DNA of 64,000 nt from Desulfosudaceae bacterium (GTDB taxonomy: Bacteria > Desulfobacterota > Desulfobacteria > Desulfobacterales > Desulfosudaceae). The position numbers were made by a program, and so were the translations under genes. The stretch's first letter is position 1. Every line of letters begins with the position of its first letter. Below the pieces are notes generated by a model. The model saw only the letters and a list, made by a program, of their open reading frames with translations. It ran no database searches and was not told the DNA's origin. Below are positions 18,810-29,393 of the stretch, piece by piece. The stretch lies in assembly GCA_963674745.2 (NCBI GenBank), contig CAXXDV010000001.1, positions 416,001-480,000 on the forward strand, given 5' to 3'.

Positions 18810-19838
18810 ATGACCCGACCATCCGACACATCCGAAATTGTCCTTTATCAAACCGAAGACGGCAAGATAAAGATTGACACGGTCTTTCAGGACGAAACTA
18901 TCTGGCTGACCCAGGCGAGAATGGCGGAGCTGTTTGACGTCAATGTTCCGGCCATATCCAAACATCTAAACAACATATTTGAAGAGGGAGAACTGCAAAA
19001 AGAGGCAACTGTTTCCAAAATGGAAACAGTTCAACAGGAAGGCAACCGGCAGGTGACCCGGACCAGGGACTTTTATAATCTCGACGCCATCATTGCCGTG
19101 GGTTACCGGGTCAATTCCAAAAGAGCCACCCAGTTCAGAATCTGGGCGACCCATATCCTGAAAGAGTACATTATCAAAGGCTTTGCCATGGATGATGACC
19201 GCCTGAAACAGGCGGACCGATGGGACTATTTTGATGAGTGGCTGGAACGTATTCGGGATATCCGGGCATCGGAAAAACGCTTTTATCAGAAAATTCGGGA
19301 TATTTACGCTACGGCCATAGATTACGATAAAAACTCGGAACAGGCGCAAGTTTTTTTTAAGAAGGTTCAGAATAAAATGCTCTGGGCCATCACCGGCAAA
19401 ACCGCAGCCGAAATTATCGAATCACGAAGCAATCCGGACAAACCCAATATGGGCCTTACCTCATGGCGTGGTTCCATAGTCAGAAAATATGATGTAGGTA
19501 TTGCCAAGAATTACCTGAAGGCAGATGAGATAAAGGACTTGAATGAGATCGTGACCATGTATCTGGATTATGCCGAAAGGCAGGCCCGGCAGAGAAAAAC
19601 CGTGACCATGGAACATTGGTCGGATAAACTCGATGCCTTTCTGAAATTCAATGAGCAGGAATTGTTGACCCATGCGGGAAAAGTGAAGGCGGAAGTCGCT
19701 AAAAAAATCGCTGAAGACCGATACGGAGCGTTTGATAAAAAACGAAAAACAGCCGAGGCCCGAGCGGCTGATGAGGAAGATTTAAAAGCGCTTGAAGAAA
19801 TCGAAAAAATGCTTCTTGAAAAGCGAGATGAGAACTAA
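18810..19838 (+). CDS. Virulence RhuM family protein
   Basis: ETIWLTQARMAELF, YNLDAIIAVGYRVNSKRATQFRIWAT, and RIRDIRASEKRFYQK. Confidence 0.9.
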   Translation: MTRPSDTSEIVLYQTEDGKIKIDTVFQDETIWLTQARMAELFDVNVPAISKHLNNIFEEGELQKEATVSKMETVQQEGNRQVTRTRDFYNLDAIIAVGYRVNSKRATQFRIWATHILKEYIIKGFAMDDDRLKQADRWDYFDEWLERIRDIRASEKRFYQKIRDIYATAIDYDKNSEQAQVFFKKVQNKMLWAITGKTAAEIIESRSNPDKPNMGLTSWRGSIVRKYDVGIAKNYLKADEIKDLNEIVTMYLDYAERQARQRKTVTMEHWSDKLDAFLKFNEQELLTHAGKVKAEVAKKIAEDRYGAFDKKRKTAEARAADEEDLKALEEIEKMLLEKRDEN

Positions 19839-22800
19839 CCCATCAACGATTCCACAATACCCGGCAGCAGTTCCGGGAGCATGGCAATGTCTTTGATGAT
19901 CAGGTACTCTTCCGGGGCGCACATTTTTTTCAGGTAATCGTTGCCGGCCTGGTCGATGGTAATGCAGAACGGTTTGATGTCCAGCCGTTTGGCCTCGATA
20001 AAGGCCATCATGGTGTCGTTCAGCCCGTATTCCCGCGACTTTCTGTCTTCACCATAATCAAGGTCCTGGGGAAAACCGTCACTGAGCAGAATCAACAGGC
20101 GATGGTCGGCCTCAAGGTTGCTTAATTTTGCGGCGGCATGGCGGATGGCCGTGCCCATGCGCGTGCTCTGCTTGGGCTCGATACCGCAGATCCGCATTTT
20201 AACCTTCTCGGAGTTGGTCTCCTCAAAGGATTTGATGACATAATAATCCACGTTTTTTCGACCGCGTCCGGAAAACCCGTACATGGCATACTGGTCACCG
20301 AGCGCGTCCAGGGCTTCGGACATGACGATCAGGCTCTCCTTTTCAATATCGATCACCCGCTTGTCATCCTCGTCCGGGGCGCTGTCCGGCCGGTCGCTAT
20401 CCGTTTGATCCGGGGCGGATATGTCAGACGCCCGGTCTTCGGTGGAAGCGCTCATATCAATCAGCAAAAGGGTCGACATGTGCCGCACTTTTTTGTCTTT
20501 GCGGCAGAACACCCGATCCGAAGGGATTGCCCCGGCCTTTTTGTCGACCACGCTCCGGATCAGGGCCGTCAGGTCGATTTCATCTCCCTGGTCGACATTA
20601 TGGATAATATCCAGTGATGCCGGCCGGATACGCTGAAACTGGAAGCGGACTTTGCGAATCAGGTCGCCGTATTCCGTGTATATCCGGTGATATTGGTCCG
20701 GATCACTCTGGGGCGTCCGCCTTTCTTTGAGGCAACACCACCTGGTCCGGTATTCTTCAGCCAGGTAATCCCACTCATCATAAAAAAACGTTTTCTTTTC
20801 GCTGCGGCCTTTAACCACCGCTTTTCCGGCTTTTATCCGCTGTTTGTTGTCCTTTTTTTCACGGTTGTCTGACTGATCTCCGACATCCCCCTTGACCGTA
20901 AAGTCCTCCAGATCGGAAAGATAAAGCCCTTTTGCGGACGGCGTGAAGTCAAGAGAACTTAACAGGGTCATATCCTGGGTCATATCAAGCAGCCGTTCCA
21001 GCTCTTCCGGCGTCAGGGTGATATCATCGCCCTGACCGGGTTCATCAGCCTCAACGACCCTGTCCGGCACGACATCTTCCAGCCCCTCTCCTGCCGGGCC
21101 GTCCGGCATCCCGTCCATGCGAAGCGATACGGGTAAAATTGTCTTTTGGGTTCTGCGCCGTCCGAGAGCACTCAGGGCGTCATAGATCAGGGCCGTTTTT
21201 TTATATGAATCAAGCACATTTTCCGAATTTAAATGAAAATCAGACACCTGCTCTTTTAAAAAGGCACCGGCGGAAACGAGGGGTTCGGTTGTTTCGATGT
21301 CAACCGGGTAATCAAGGCAAAGCCGCAAAAGCCACTCAAGGGCCGTGCCCAGGAGATTGTTGTAGGGGACCGGCCGCTTTAACATCGATTTTCCGATAAC
21401 GCGCCCGATATCCGGGGCCAGCCCGGGATAATGTTTTCTGAGGTTGCGAAAAACCCTGCCGTCTTCAAGGATATGAAAGATCTCAAGGGCCAGCTCCCTG
21501 TCCGGAAAAGATTCCAGAAGGGACCATATGCCGGCAAATTCGGGGTTCAATGTTCCGAACTCCAGATACCCGGCCTTTAACGCGGCGGCCACCTTATAAA
21601 AACTTAAATTGGCCTCGGCATTGTTCTCTTCGGCAACATATGGCGCCAGATAAAACGTGAACCCGTTTTCATCGGCCTTAAGGCCAAGCCGATTTTTATC
21701 GACAAGGTCCATTTCTTCTCTGCTGCGGATGCGGATTTTTTCTCCGCAGAGCGCCCGGCAGAACAAGCCCAGCATTTCCCGGTTTTGTTCCAGAAAGGCG
21801 GCGTTTCCCCATTTGTCCAGTTCGGCGGCTGAGGCCGGCGAGTTCAGGCGAAAATAAGCCAGGCCATCTTCCGGATTATCTTTGAAAATCGCCACGCCTT
21901 TGCTGACCCAGTACGCCAGAAAAAGAACCGGTATTTGCCCCAAAACCGCTTTAATATTCTGATAATAGGCCAGGCCGACGGCCGCCGAAGCCTCTTCCAG
22001 GCGGCTGTCCATCTTGACAATCATTTCCTGGACCGGATTTGAAAAAAGGGTCAGTGACTGCACCATATCATTAAAAACAGAAAGGATATCTTCAGGCCGG
22101 CCGGATGACAGGTCCATGATTTTTTCCAGAACCACATCGCGCAGGTTGGGGTTTATCCGCCGGACAAGGCCGGGACCGGTTTGGTAAAATTCAACGGCCT
22201 TGTCGGCAAAGGCGGTTGAGGCAATACCGGTAATCCTGAAAATTTTCGTTATTTCAGAAAGGTAAAGCTGATCAAGGCCCTCGGGCGTCAGAGAGAAATA
22301 ACGGGTGGCGGCCTGACCGCTTTGCCTTAACAGAAGGCAGCCGGTTTCCCGCCAGATTTTATAAACCCGTGGGGTGAGAAAGCGCAGCACCCGGCCCGAT
22401 GTGGTTAAAAAAGCGGAAACCGTCTCTTCTTCGGCATGTTCAAGGCCGAAAATCCGGATCGCGTCTGAAGCCAGCTGGTTGATCTGGGGAAACCGCGCGC
22501 TTTCCAGAAATTCCGGGGTGGCGGCAAAATAATCCCCGGCACAGGGAATCGATATTTTTCCGATCCTGATGCCGGCATTGCCCCAGTCTTTAAGGTGATC
22601 AAACCCTTCGTTGCAGAAAAACGGACCGCTTGATTCAAAATAGTGTCGCACCAGGCCGTCGTTTTCCGGAAAGGCCCGGCTGATTTTTTTCCCGGTTGAT
22701 ACCCAGCGGCCATAGTCTTTTTTTGAAAGAACCGCCCGGGCATGCCCGGCGGCCGTTAAAAACGATTTTCCGCAGGCTTCGGATATATCTGTAAAAAAAG

Positions 22801-22852
22801 CAACATCAATGTCCGGAATCATATCGCGGGTAGGGTTGTCCGGGCTGGTCAT
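19835..22852 (-). CDS. NorD/CbbO-like VWA-domain protein with long helical N-terminus
   Basis: YDEWDY, GDEIDL, MIDAS DMSAST, TRMGTAIRH, and LSDGFPQD. Confidence 0.85.
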   Translation of the reverse strand: MTSPDNPTRDMIPDIDVAFFTDISEACGKSFLTAAGHARAVLSKKDYGRWVSTGKKISRAFPENDGLVRHYFESSGPFFCNEGFDHLKDWGNAGIRIGKISIPCAGDYFAATPEFLESARFPQINQLASDAIRIFGLEHAEEETVSAFLTTSGRVLRFLTPRVYKIWRETGCLLLRQSGQAATRYFSLTPEGLDQLYLSEITKIFRITGIASTAFADKAVEFYQTGPGLVRRINPNLRDVVLEKIMDLSSGRPEDILSVFNDMVQSLTLFSNPVQEMIVKMDSRLEEASAAVGLAYYQNIKAVLGQIPVLFLAYWVSKGVAIFKDNPEDGLAYFRLNSPASAAELDKWGNAAFLEQNREMLGLFCRALCGEKIRIRSREEMDLVDKNRLGLKADENGFTFYLAPYVAEENNAEANLSFYKVAAALKAGYLEFGTLNPEFAGIWSLLESFPDRELALEIFHILEDGRVFRNLRKHYPGLAPDIGRVIGKSMLKRPVPYNNLLGTALEWLLRLCLDYPVDIETTEPLVSAGAFLKEQVSDFHLNSENVLDSYKKTALIYDALSALGRRRTQKTILPVSLRMDGMPDGPAGEGLEDVVPDRVVEADEPGQGDDITLTPEELERLLDMTQDMTLLSSLDFTPSAKGLYLSDLEDFTVKGDVGDQSDNREKKDNKQRIKAGKAVVKGRSEKKTFFYDEWDYLAEEYRTRWCCLKERRTPQSDPDQYHRIYTEYGDLIRKVRFQFQRIRPASLDIIHNVDQGDEIDLTALIRSVVDKKAGAIPSDRVFCRKDKKVRHMSTLLLIDMSASTEDRASDISAPDQTDSDRPDSAPDEDDKRVIDIEKESLIVMSEALDALGDQYAMYGFSGRGRKNVDYYVIKSFEETNSEKVKMRICGIEPKQSTRMGTAIRHAAAKLSNLEADHRLLILLSDGFPQDLDYGEDRKSREYGLNDTMMAFIEAKRLDIKPFCITIDQAGNDYLKKMCAPEEYLIIKDIAMLPELLPGIVESLMG

Positions 22853-22857
22853 GGCGA

Positions 22858-23739
22858 TTATTCCGGGAAAATGGCGAAGATCACTTCGTTGATGGCCCGG
22901 CGGACCTCTTTTTCTTCCGTCAGCAGCGATGTGATGGAAACATCGCAGGCCCGCCGGGGGGAGATCCCCTTTGTTATCAGGTGTCCGGCATACACCAAAA
23001 CCCGGGTACTGGCACCTTCGGTCAGGGCATGCCCTTCAATATGCCTGATTTTTTCGCCCACCCGTGCCAGATCCAGGGCGGTCTTTTTATCGACACCGCT
23101 TTCATGATGGATGATCTCGGCCTCGTTTTCTTTGTCCGGGTAGTTAAAATCAATGGCGATGAATCGCTGTTTGGTGCTCTGTTTCAGCTCTTTGATAATA
23201 CTCTGATAGCCCGGGTTGTAAGAGATCACCAGGAAAAAAGTATCGTCCGCTTCGATAACCGTCCCTTTTTTGTCCACCGGCAGAATCCGCCGGTGGTCGG
23301 CCAGGGGATGAATAATGACGGTGGTGTCCTTTCTGGCTTCGACAATTTCATCCAGGTAACAGATCCCGCCGCTTTTTACCGCCGTTGCCAGCGGACCGTC
23401 CATCCAGACCGTCTCATCGCCTTTAAGCAGGTATTTACCCACCAGGTCGGTCGTGGTCAGGTCCTCATGGCAGGCCACGGTTATCACGGGCAGGCCGTTT
23501 TTCCGCTTTATTTTTTTCCCCAGGGTATAGGCCATAAATTCAACAAACCGGGTTTTTCCGGTCCCGGTCGGGCCTTTTAAAAGTACCGGTATCTTGGATT
23601 CATAGGCGGCCGTAAACAACTCCACCTCATCGCCAAACGGCAGGTAATAAGGCTTCTCGGTAATGGTATGGTGCTTTATCTGGATCTCGCGTGCTTTCAT
23701 TGTCGTGCTCCTGGCTTTATCAACGTCCCCATTATTCAC
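22858..23739 (-). CDS. CbbQ/NirQ/NorQ family AAA+ ATPase
   Basis: LKGPTGTGKTRFVE, ACHEDL, LDEIVEARKD, ISYNPGYQ, LKQSTKQRF, and STRVLV. Confidence 0.92.
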   Translation of the reverse strand: MNNGDVDKARSTTMKAREIQIKHHTITEKPYYLPFGDEVELFTAAYESKIPVLLKGPTGTGKTRFVEFMAYTLGKKIKRKNGLPVITVACHEDLTTTDLVGKYLLKGDETVWMDGPLATAVKSGGICYLDEIVEARKDTTVIIHPLADHRRILPVDKKGTVIEADDTFFLVISYNPGYQSIIKELKQSTKQRFIAIDFNYPDKENEAEIIHHESGVDKKTALDLARVGEKIRHIEGHALTEGASTRVLVYAGHLITKGISPRRACDVSITSLLTEEKEVRRAINEVIFAIFPE

Positions 23740-23827
23740 ATCAAGTCCTTATACAGTCGTACAAATTTATATCTTTGTAAGCATTACCACAAAAACGAAT
23801 GATTACCAAGAAGCCTTTTGCCTAATT

Positions 23828-24937
23828 TCATCTTCTTTTTTTTATGGCTTTCACTTTCAAAGCCACCGCTTTCCAGCGTTCCTTTTCCACCCGGTCGGCA
23901 CTTTTATGCTGCCTGTCGGACAGGTATGCCAGTTCCCGTTCCATTTTCCGGAAATTTTCAAGCCGGTCCGGTGAAAGATCCCCTTCTGCCAGCGCCTGAA
24001 GAACCCGGCAACCGGGTTCATGGGTATGACTGCAATCGGGGAACCGGCAATCTCCGGCAAAGCGTTCAATTTCCGGAAAAGCCGCCCTGATCCCGCCGTC
24101 ATCGTCCCAGAAGGCGATTTCACGGATACCGGGATTGTCGATCACCATCCCGCCCCGGGGCATTACGATCAGGTCCCGGGTGGTGGTGGTGTGCACCCCT
24201 TTCCCCACGCTTTTACTGATCGTCCGGGTTGCCTGGACGTCCTGGCCATAGAGCCGGTTGACCAGGGTGGATTTTCCCGCTCCGGAAGAACCGACCATGG
24301 TCGTGGTTTGTCCCGGAGACAGACAGGCCTCCAGGTGAGCCAGCCCGCTGCCGTCCAGTGCCGAGACCGAATATACCGGCACCCCGAAGGCAATGGATTC
24401 CACCTGGCCGGTAAAATGTTCGGGATGTTGATGCAGATCGGCTTTTGTCAGAACGATGACGGGAGCCAGACCGTTGTTGTAAACCAGGGTCAGGTATCGC
24501 TCAATTCGACGCAGGTTAAAATCCCGATCCAGCCCGCAGACGATAAACACGGTATCGAGATTGGCCGCGATAACCTGTTCTTTTTGGGGCAGTCCGTTCT
24601 GTTTACCGTGTGTTCCCGCGGCTCCCCGGGACAGGGCGTTTCTTCGGGCCAGCACCTCAACGATAACGGTATCGGTCAAAAGAACCCAATCCCCTGTGAC
24701 CGGATACAGGCCACCGGTTTGGTGCATAAGCCTTCCGGCTACGGTGGCCAGCCATTCTTTTTCTCCGTTGCTGACCCAAAAGGCGTTTTTCCGAACCCCG
24801 ACCACCCTGGCCGGAATAAATCCATCCGCTCCGAAATCCTTCAGCTGTGCCTCAAAATAAGGTGTCCATCCCAGCTGTAAAAGGTGCCGGGTACGGTCAT
24901 TATTATTTATTCCATTCATATTTAATATTCTGGTCAT
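23828..24937 (-). CDS. rsgA: Ribosome small subunit-dependent GTPase A
   Basis: TKAD, GSSGAGKSTL, HTTT, DNPGIRE, and Zn finger CRFPDCSHTHEPGC. Start uncertain (24937 or 24919). Confidence 0.92.
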   Translation of the reverse strand: MTRILNMNGINNNDRTRHLLQLGWTPYFEAQLKDFGADGFIPARVVGVRKNAFWVSNGEKEWLATVAGRLMHQTGGLYPVTGDWVLLTDTVIVEVLARRNALSRGAAGTHGKQNGLPQKEQVIAANLDTVFIVCGLDRDFNLRRIERYLTLVYNNGLAPVIVLTKADLHQHPEHFTGQVESIAFGVPVYSVSALDGSGLAHLEACLSPGQTTTMVGSSGAGKSTLVNRLYGQDVQATRTISKSVGKGVHTTTTRDLIVMPRGGMVIDNPGIREIAFWDDDGGIRAAFPEIERFAGDCRFPDCSHTHEPGCRVLQALAEGDLSPDRLENFRKMERELAYLSDRQHKSADRVEKERWKAVALKVKAIKKRR

Positions 24938-25410
24938 TTCTGAACTCCGTTGCTTATTGCGTCTTCCCATACCGGCATTTAATGATACCGGGGACCTGAA
25001 CGGGCCCCGCAAACTGCCGGTAGTCATAATAACTTATTGATATCTAATCGAATGAATTGTTGCAGACAGAAGGAACAGCTGTATTGGCAGGCACTCGGGC
25101 AGGAATCCGCAGCAAAACAGACCGGGATAAACAGGTCAGTTCTGAAAAACAAAAACCGTCTAGTCTGTGTATTGCCGTGTTACGACCAATCCGCCGCCAA
25201 TGGGGTATTCCCCCTGTCGGCAACGATCAGCACAATATCCGGTAATGGTTTGAACAAAAAAACCTCTTTGTCATGGTTTTAAAAATATTATTAATATGCC
25301 ATGCCTCAAGGGCCGTCAAGTTTTTTCAACCCCTGTTATATTCTGTCTTCAAGCCTCCCGCCGCCATCCTTCTTGACGAAAAAACCGTGCCGGTGTTATT
25401 AAGATACGAT

Positions 25411-26097
25411 ATGGTGCAAGATTCCCCCCAAAGAAACGCAGATACAGTAGTCGTTCTCGACTTTGAGACCTCCGGATTGTCACCGAACCGGGGCGACCGG
25501 GCAATCGAAATAGGGGCCGTACGAATTGAAAACGGTAAAATCACAGAGCGTTTTCAGCAACTGATGAATCCGGGTATCCGTATATCACCCTTCTTGGAAG
25601 AGTTTACCGGAATCACCAACAAAATGCTGGGCCAGGCCCCTCCCTGCGATGAGGTGATGAATAAATTTGCCGATTTTGTTGATGGCCACAACCTGGTAGC
25701 GCATAACGCATCTTTTGACAAACGTTTTCTTGATGCCGAACTGAATCGCATAAGTCGAAACTACTCCGGCAGTTTTGCCTGTTCGATGCTTGTTTCCAGA
25801 AGAGTTTATCCAGAGATCAGCAGGCACACACTCGGCAATTTGGTACGGTTTAAAGGCATTCCCCAAAACGGCACCTTTCACAGGGCCTTGTCCGATTCTG
25901 AAATGACCGCAAAACTATGGCTTATCATGTTATCAGAGATCAGTGAAAAATATAAAATATCGCCTTTGTCCTTTGTTCTTATGCAGCAACTGGCAAAACA
26001 GAACAAGCGGGCGGTGCATGATTTCCTGCAGCGCCAAAGGGCTTCTGCTGATCAGGGGTGTCCCCGGAAATATTCCTCGAACGGAAGCGGACGGTGA
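25411..26097 (+). CDS. DEDDh 3'-5' exonuclease (DnaQ-like)
   Basis: LDFETSG, AHNASFD, and HRALSD. Start placed at ATG 25411. Confidence 0.88.
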   Translation: MVQDSPQRNADTVVVLDFETSGLSPNRGDRAIEIGAVRIENGKITERFQQLMNPGIRISPFLEEFTGITNKMLGQAPPCDEVMNKFADFVDGHNLVAHNASFDKRFLDAELNRISRNYSGSFACSMLVSRRVYPEISRHTLGNLVRFKGIPQNGTFHRALSDSEMTAKLWLIMLSEISEKYKISPLSFVLMQQLAKQNKRAVHDFLQRQRASADQGCPRKYSSNGSGR

Positions 26098-26324
26098 ACA
26101 AATGTTTTGATAACCCATTAATTTAATACAGCTTATGTAAAGCTGATCGAATCAATTACTGTATTAACATTGGAAGATCGCAATACCACGGATGTTTTAC
26201 AACGGTGGTTTGAAGACCGCCGTCACACACAACCGCAAATGCCCTGCAATCAACCGCACCTAACCAGCAGAAAGATTCCGGGTCGGCTAATTTTGAGGAC
26301 CGACGCTATTTTTATAAATGCCGG

Positions 26325-28127
26325 TTATTCGTTATACAGCGCTTCGAGTTGTTCCAGGTATTTGTCATACACATTGCGGCGCTTGAGCTTCATGGTCTGG
26401 GTCAGCATGCCGTTTTCAAGCGAGAAATCCTCGGGCAGGAATATGAATTTTTTGGGGATCTCATACCCGCCGTAGGTTTTTTTAAGCTGCCGGACAACTT
26501 CGTCTTTAATAAAATCCTGGAGTTTCGCTTCCTTGATCAAATCTTCCGGCCGCTTGCCCCCCAGCCCCATTTCATCAACAACCGATTTTAAGGCTTCAAA
26601 ATCCGGCACAATCATGGACACGTTGTAGGGTTTGCCATCTCCGTAAAGCATGGCGTTAAGCACATAGGGGTTTAATTTAATATCTTCTTCCAGGGACGCG
26701 GGATGGACATACTTGCCGTTTTCCAGTTTATATTCCTCTTTGAACCGGCCGGTAATATGGAGAAAACCGTCCTCATCCAGCCGGCCCCGGTCACCGGTAC
26801 GAAAGCCGGTGCCCAGTTCGGGATCCTGCAACAGGACTTCGGCGGTTTTTTCCGGCTTGTTGTGATAACCCTGCATGACATTGGGGCCGAAGCAAACGAT
26901 CTCGCCGTCTTCACTGTCTTCACCGACATAGGTTTTGTCAATCACCACCGTCACCTTGTCTATGGCCCGGCCCACCGTTCCAAGCCGGTTGGCCGCAGGG
27001 GAATTCATGGTCATGGCCGGCGTGGTTTCGGTCAACCCGTAGCAGTCATAGGTGGGAATGCCGATATCGATAAAAAACTGGGCGATTTCCGGGTTCATGG
27101 CGGCACTGCCGGTAACCGCTTCTTTCAAACGGCCGCCGAACCGCTCCCTGATTTTACCGAACACCAGTTTGTCTAAAACCTTGAATTTCAGCCCGGCTTT
27201 TCCGGTCTTTCGCTTTTCCTCGGCGGCTTTTTTAGCGGCATTAAAGAGTTTTTCAGCCAGCCCGCCTTTTTCCGCCATCATGGTATGAATACCGCTGTAT
27301 ACCTTGTTAAACACCCGGGGGACGGCAATCAGCATGGTCGGCCGGACCTTGCCCATATCATCCACCACCGTTGCCACGGACTCCATAATGCCGGTAGACC
27401 CGCCCACGTAAATGCCCAGGTAAAGCTCGCCGGTCTGGCCGAAACTGTGCGCCCAGGGCAGAATGGACAGGGTCACCACGCTTTCATCAATATGGGGAAA
27501 CATTTTGACGGCGGCCTGGACATTGGTGGTAAAATTGCCGTGGCTGAGCAGCACGCCCTTGGGTTCGCCGGTCGTGCCCGAGGTATAAATCAGGGTCGCA
27601 ATTTCGCTGTAATGGGGTTTTACCGAGGGAACGGGGTTTTGCCGCCCCATTTCTTCCACGGCGGCCATGCTGTTTTCACCACTGCCGTATATAATGAATA
27701 CCTTCTCCAGGGTGTCGATTTCATCCACCCAGCCCTTGACCTGGTCGTATACAGCCTCATTGACCACGAACAGGACCTTGAGTCCGCTGTCTTTAATAAT
27801 ATACCGCCAGGTGTTGACCAGTTCTTTTTCATACATGGGAACCAGTCGGGCGCTTCTTCCATAAGTGGCAAAAGCGATAACGCCCCAGGCTTCGGAATTG
27901 TTGATAATCAATCCGACCCCGTCACCTTTTTCAACGCCCAGCTGCGCCAGCCCGCCCCGGAGGTTGTCCACCCGCTCGGCAACCTGCCCGTAGGTTTTAT
28001 ATTCATATTCACCGGCGGCATTTTTCATGCCTACCAGGGGGCGGTGAGAGAATTTTTTCACGCTGTCTTCGAACATATCCACCAGGTTGGTGGGATACTC
28101 GTACCAGGCATCATTGTTTTTAGTCAT
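26325..28127 (-). CDS. Long-chain fatty acid--CoA ligase
   Basis: IYTSGTTGEPKG, YGLTET, FRTGD, and LTQTMKLKR. Confidence 0.92.
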   Translation of the reverse strand: MTKNNDAWYEYPTNLVDMFEDSVKKFSHRPLVGMKNAAGEYEYKTYGQVAERVDNLRGGLAQLGVEKGDGVGLIINNSEAWGVIAFATYGRSARLVPMYEKELVNTWRYIIKDSGLKVLFVVNEAVYDQVKGWVDEIDTLEKVFIIYGSGENSMAAVEEMGRQNPVPSVKPHYSEIATLIYTSGTTGEPKGVLLSHGNFTTNVQAAVKMFPHIDESVVTLSILPWAHSFGQTGELYLGIYVGGSTGIMESVATVVDDMGKVRPTMLIAVPRVFNKVYSGIHTMMAEKGGLAEKLFNAAKKAAEEKRKTGKAGLKFKVLDKLVFGKIRERFGGRLKEAVTGSAAMNPEIAQFFIDIGIPTYDCYGLTETTPAMTMNSPAANRLGTVGRAIDKVTVVIDKTYVGEDSEDGEIVCFGPNVMQGYHNKPEKTAEVLLQDPELGTGFRTGDRGRLDEDGFLHITGRFKEEYKLENGKYVHPASLEEDIKLNPYVLNAMLYGDGKPYNVSMIVPDFEALKSVVDEMGLGGKRPEDLIKEAKLQDFIKDEVVRQLKKTYGGYEIPKKFIFLPEDFSLENGMLTQTMKLKRRNVYDKYLEQLEALYNE

Positions 28128-28328
28128 TTTTAAAACCTCATCCCTTTTTGTCTTTGATAAAAAACCGGTTTGCGACTAATAATCTGTTTTTAATACAGTA
28201 TTACCTTTATATCAAATCTTTTCGAAAATGTCTGCTCCATAACGTTTTGTGGTTTATCATTTTTGTCTTCAAATTTCATGGATTTTCTGAAATTATCAAA
28301 AAAAAAATCAGCATCAGGATGAAAATCA

Positions 28329-29384
28329 ATGAACACTTATCAGAGAAACGTTGAAGCCGCTCCTGAAAAACTGGTCACCAACGGCCGCTTTCGGTTCGGC
28401 ACCTACAACACGCCTTTTAAAATCGTCAACCCGCTTGACGCCACAAAGCCGCTCCCTGTCAGGGTGCCCAAATTCATAAAAAACATGCGGCTCAAGGAGT
28501 GGGAAGCCTTTCAGATCGGTAACCAAAATTTTTTCATTCTGGCGGCCGTTTACAACTCAAAAGGACTGGGGGTTGTTCAGTTTATTGTTATTGACCGGCA
28601 GAAACATAAAAAATACATGTTTCAACGTTTTCTGCCATACTGGGAAACCCGGGTGGCCAACTCCCTGATCAACACGGTCACCTGCAGCCATGGAAAAACT
28701 TTTTCGTTTTACATTCACAACGATCTGAAACATGACCGTATTTTTTTCAATTTCTGGTCTGTCGGCAAAAAAGGAAGCCCGGATATGCACTGCCGGTTTA
28801 AAGCCGACCACAGCCGGAATGTCTGCACGCCGATCGTTATCTGCCAGCCCTTTGATGACAATCGCGCCCTTTATTCCCACAAGGCCCTTATGCCCCTGTC
28901 CGGTCAGTTATCTATCGATGATGCTGTTTATGAATTCAACCGGGACGAAAGCTTTATGATCGTCGACGATCATAAAGGCTACTACCCCTTTGAAATGATA
29001 TATGACTGGGTCACCACAGCCGGTTATGACAACCAGGACCGGCTGATCGGCTTTAATTTAACCGACAACCAGGTCCGGGACCATCACCGATATAATGAAA
29101 ACTGTCTCTGGCTGGATGGTGATATGCAGCCGCTTCCCCCGATCAAAATCGACCGGCCGGAAGGGGTCATGGGCCCGTGGATGATCACCGACACCCATGA
29201 TCGGGTAAACCTGAAGTTCACGCCGGCCTTTGACGGACGGATCGACATCAACCTGATTGTTTTTAAAACAGACTACCGGGCGCCTTACGGGACGTTTACC
29301 GGCCACGTCCTAGATAAGAATAACAACAAGATCATATTTGACGACTTTTTCGGTGTGGGTGAGAAAAAATACATAAAAGCATAG
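28329..29384 (+). CDS. DUF2804 family protein
   Basis: RLKEWE, YSHK, DDHKGYYP....YDW, GFNL, NENCLW.DG, and PYGTFTG. Confidence 0.72.
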   Translation: MNTYQRNVEAAPEKLVTNGRFRFGTYNTPFKIVNPLDATKPLPVRVPKFIKNMRLKEWEAFQIGNQNFFILAAVYNSKGLGVVQFIVIDRQKHKKYMFQRFLPYWETRVANSLINTVTCSHGKTFSFYIHNDLKHDRIFFNFWSVGKKGSPDMHCRFKADHSRNVCTPIVICQPFDDNRALYSHKALMPLSGQLSIDDAVYEFNRDESFMIVDDHKGYYPFEMIYDWVTTAGYDNQDRLIGFNLTDNQVRDHHRYNENCLWLDGDMQPLPPIKIDRPEGVMGPWMITDTHDRVNLKFTPAFDGRIDINLIVFKTDYRAPYGTFTGHVLDKNNNKIIFDDFFGVGEKKYIKA

Positions 29385-29393
29385 GGTAAGACA

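Noticed and set aside
25030..25270. Possible attenuator or riboswitch leader upstream of rsgA
   Set aside because: There is a U-rich tract on the minus strand, but only a weak stem and no recognisable aptamer; would need an Rfam or covariation search.
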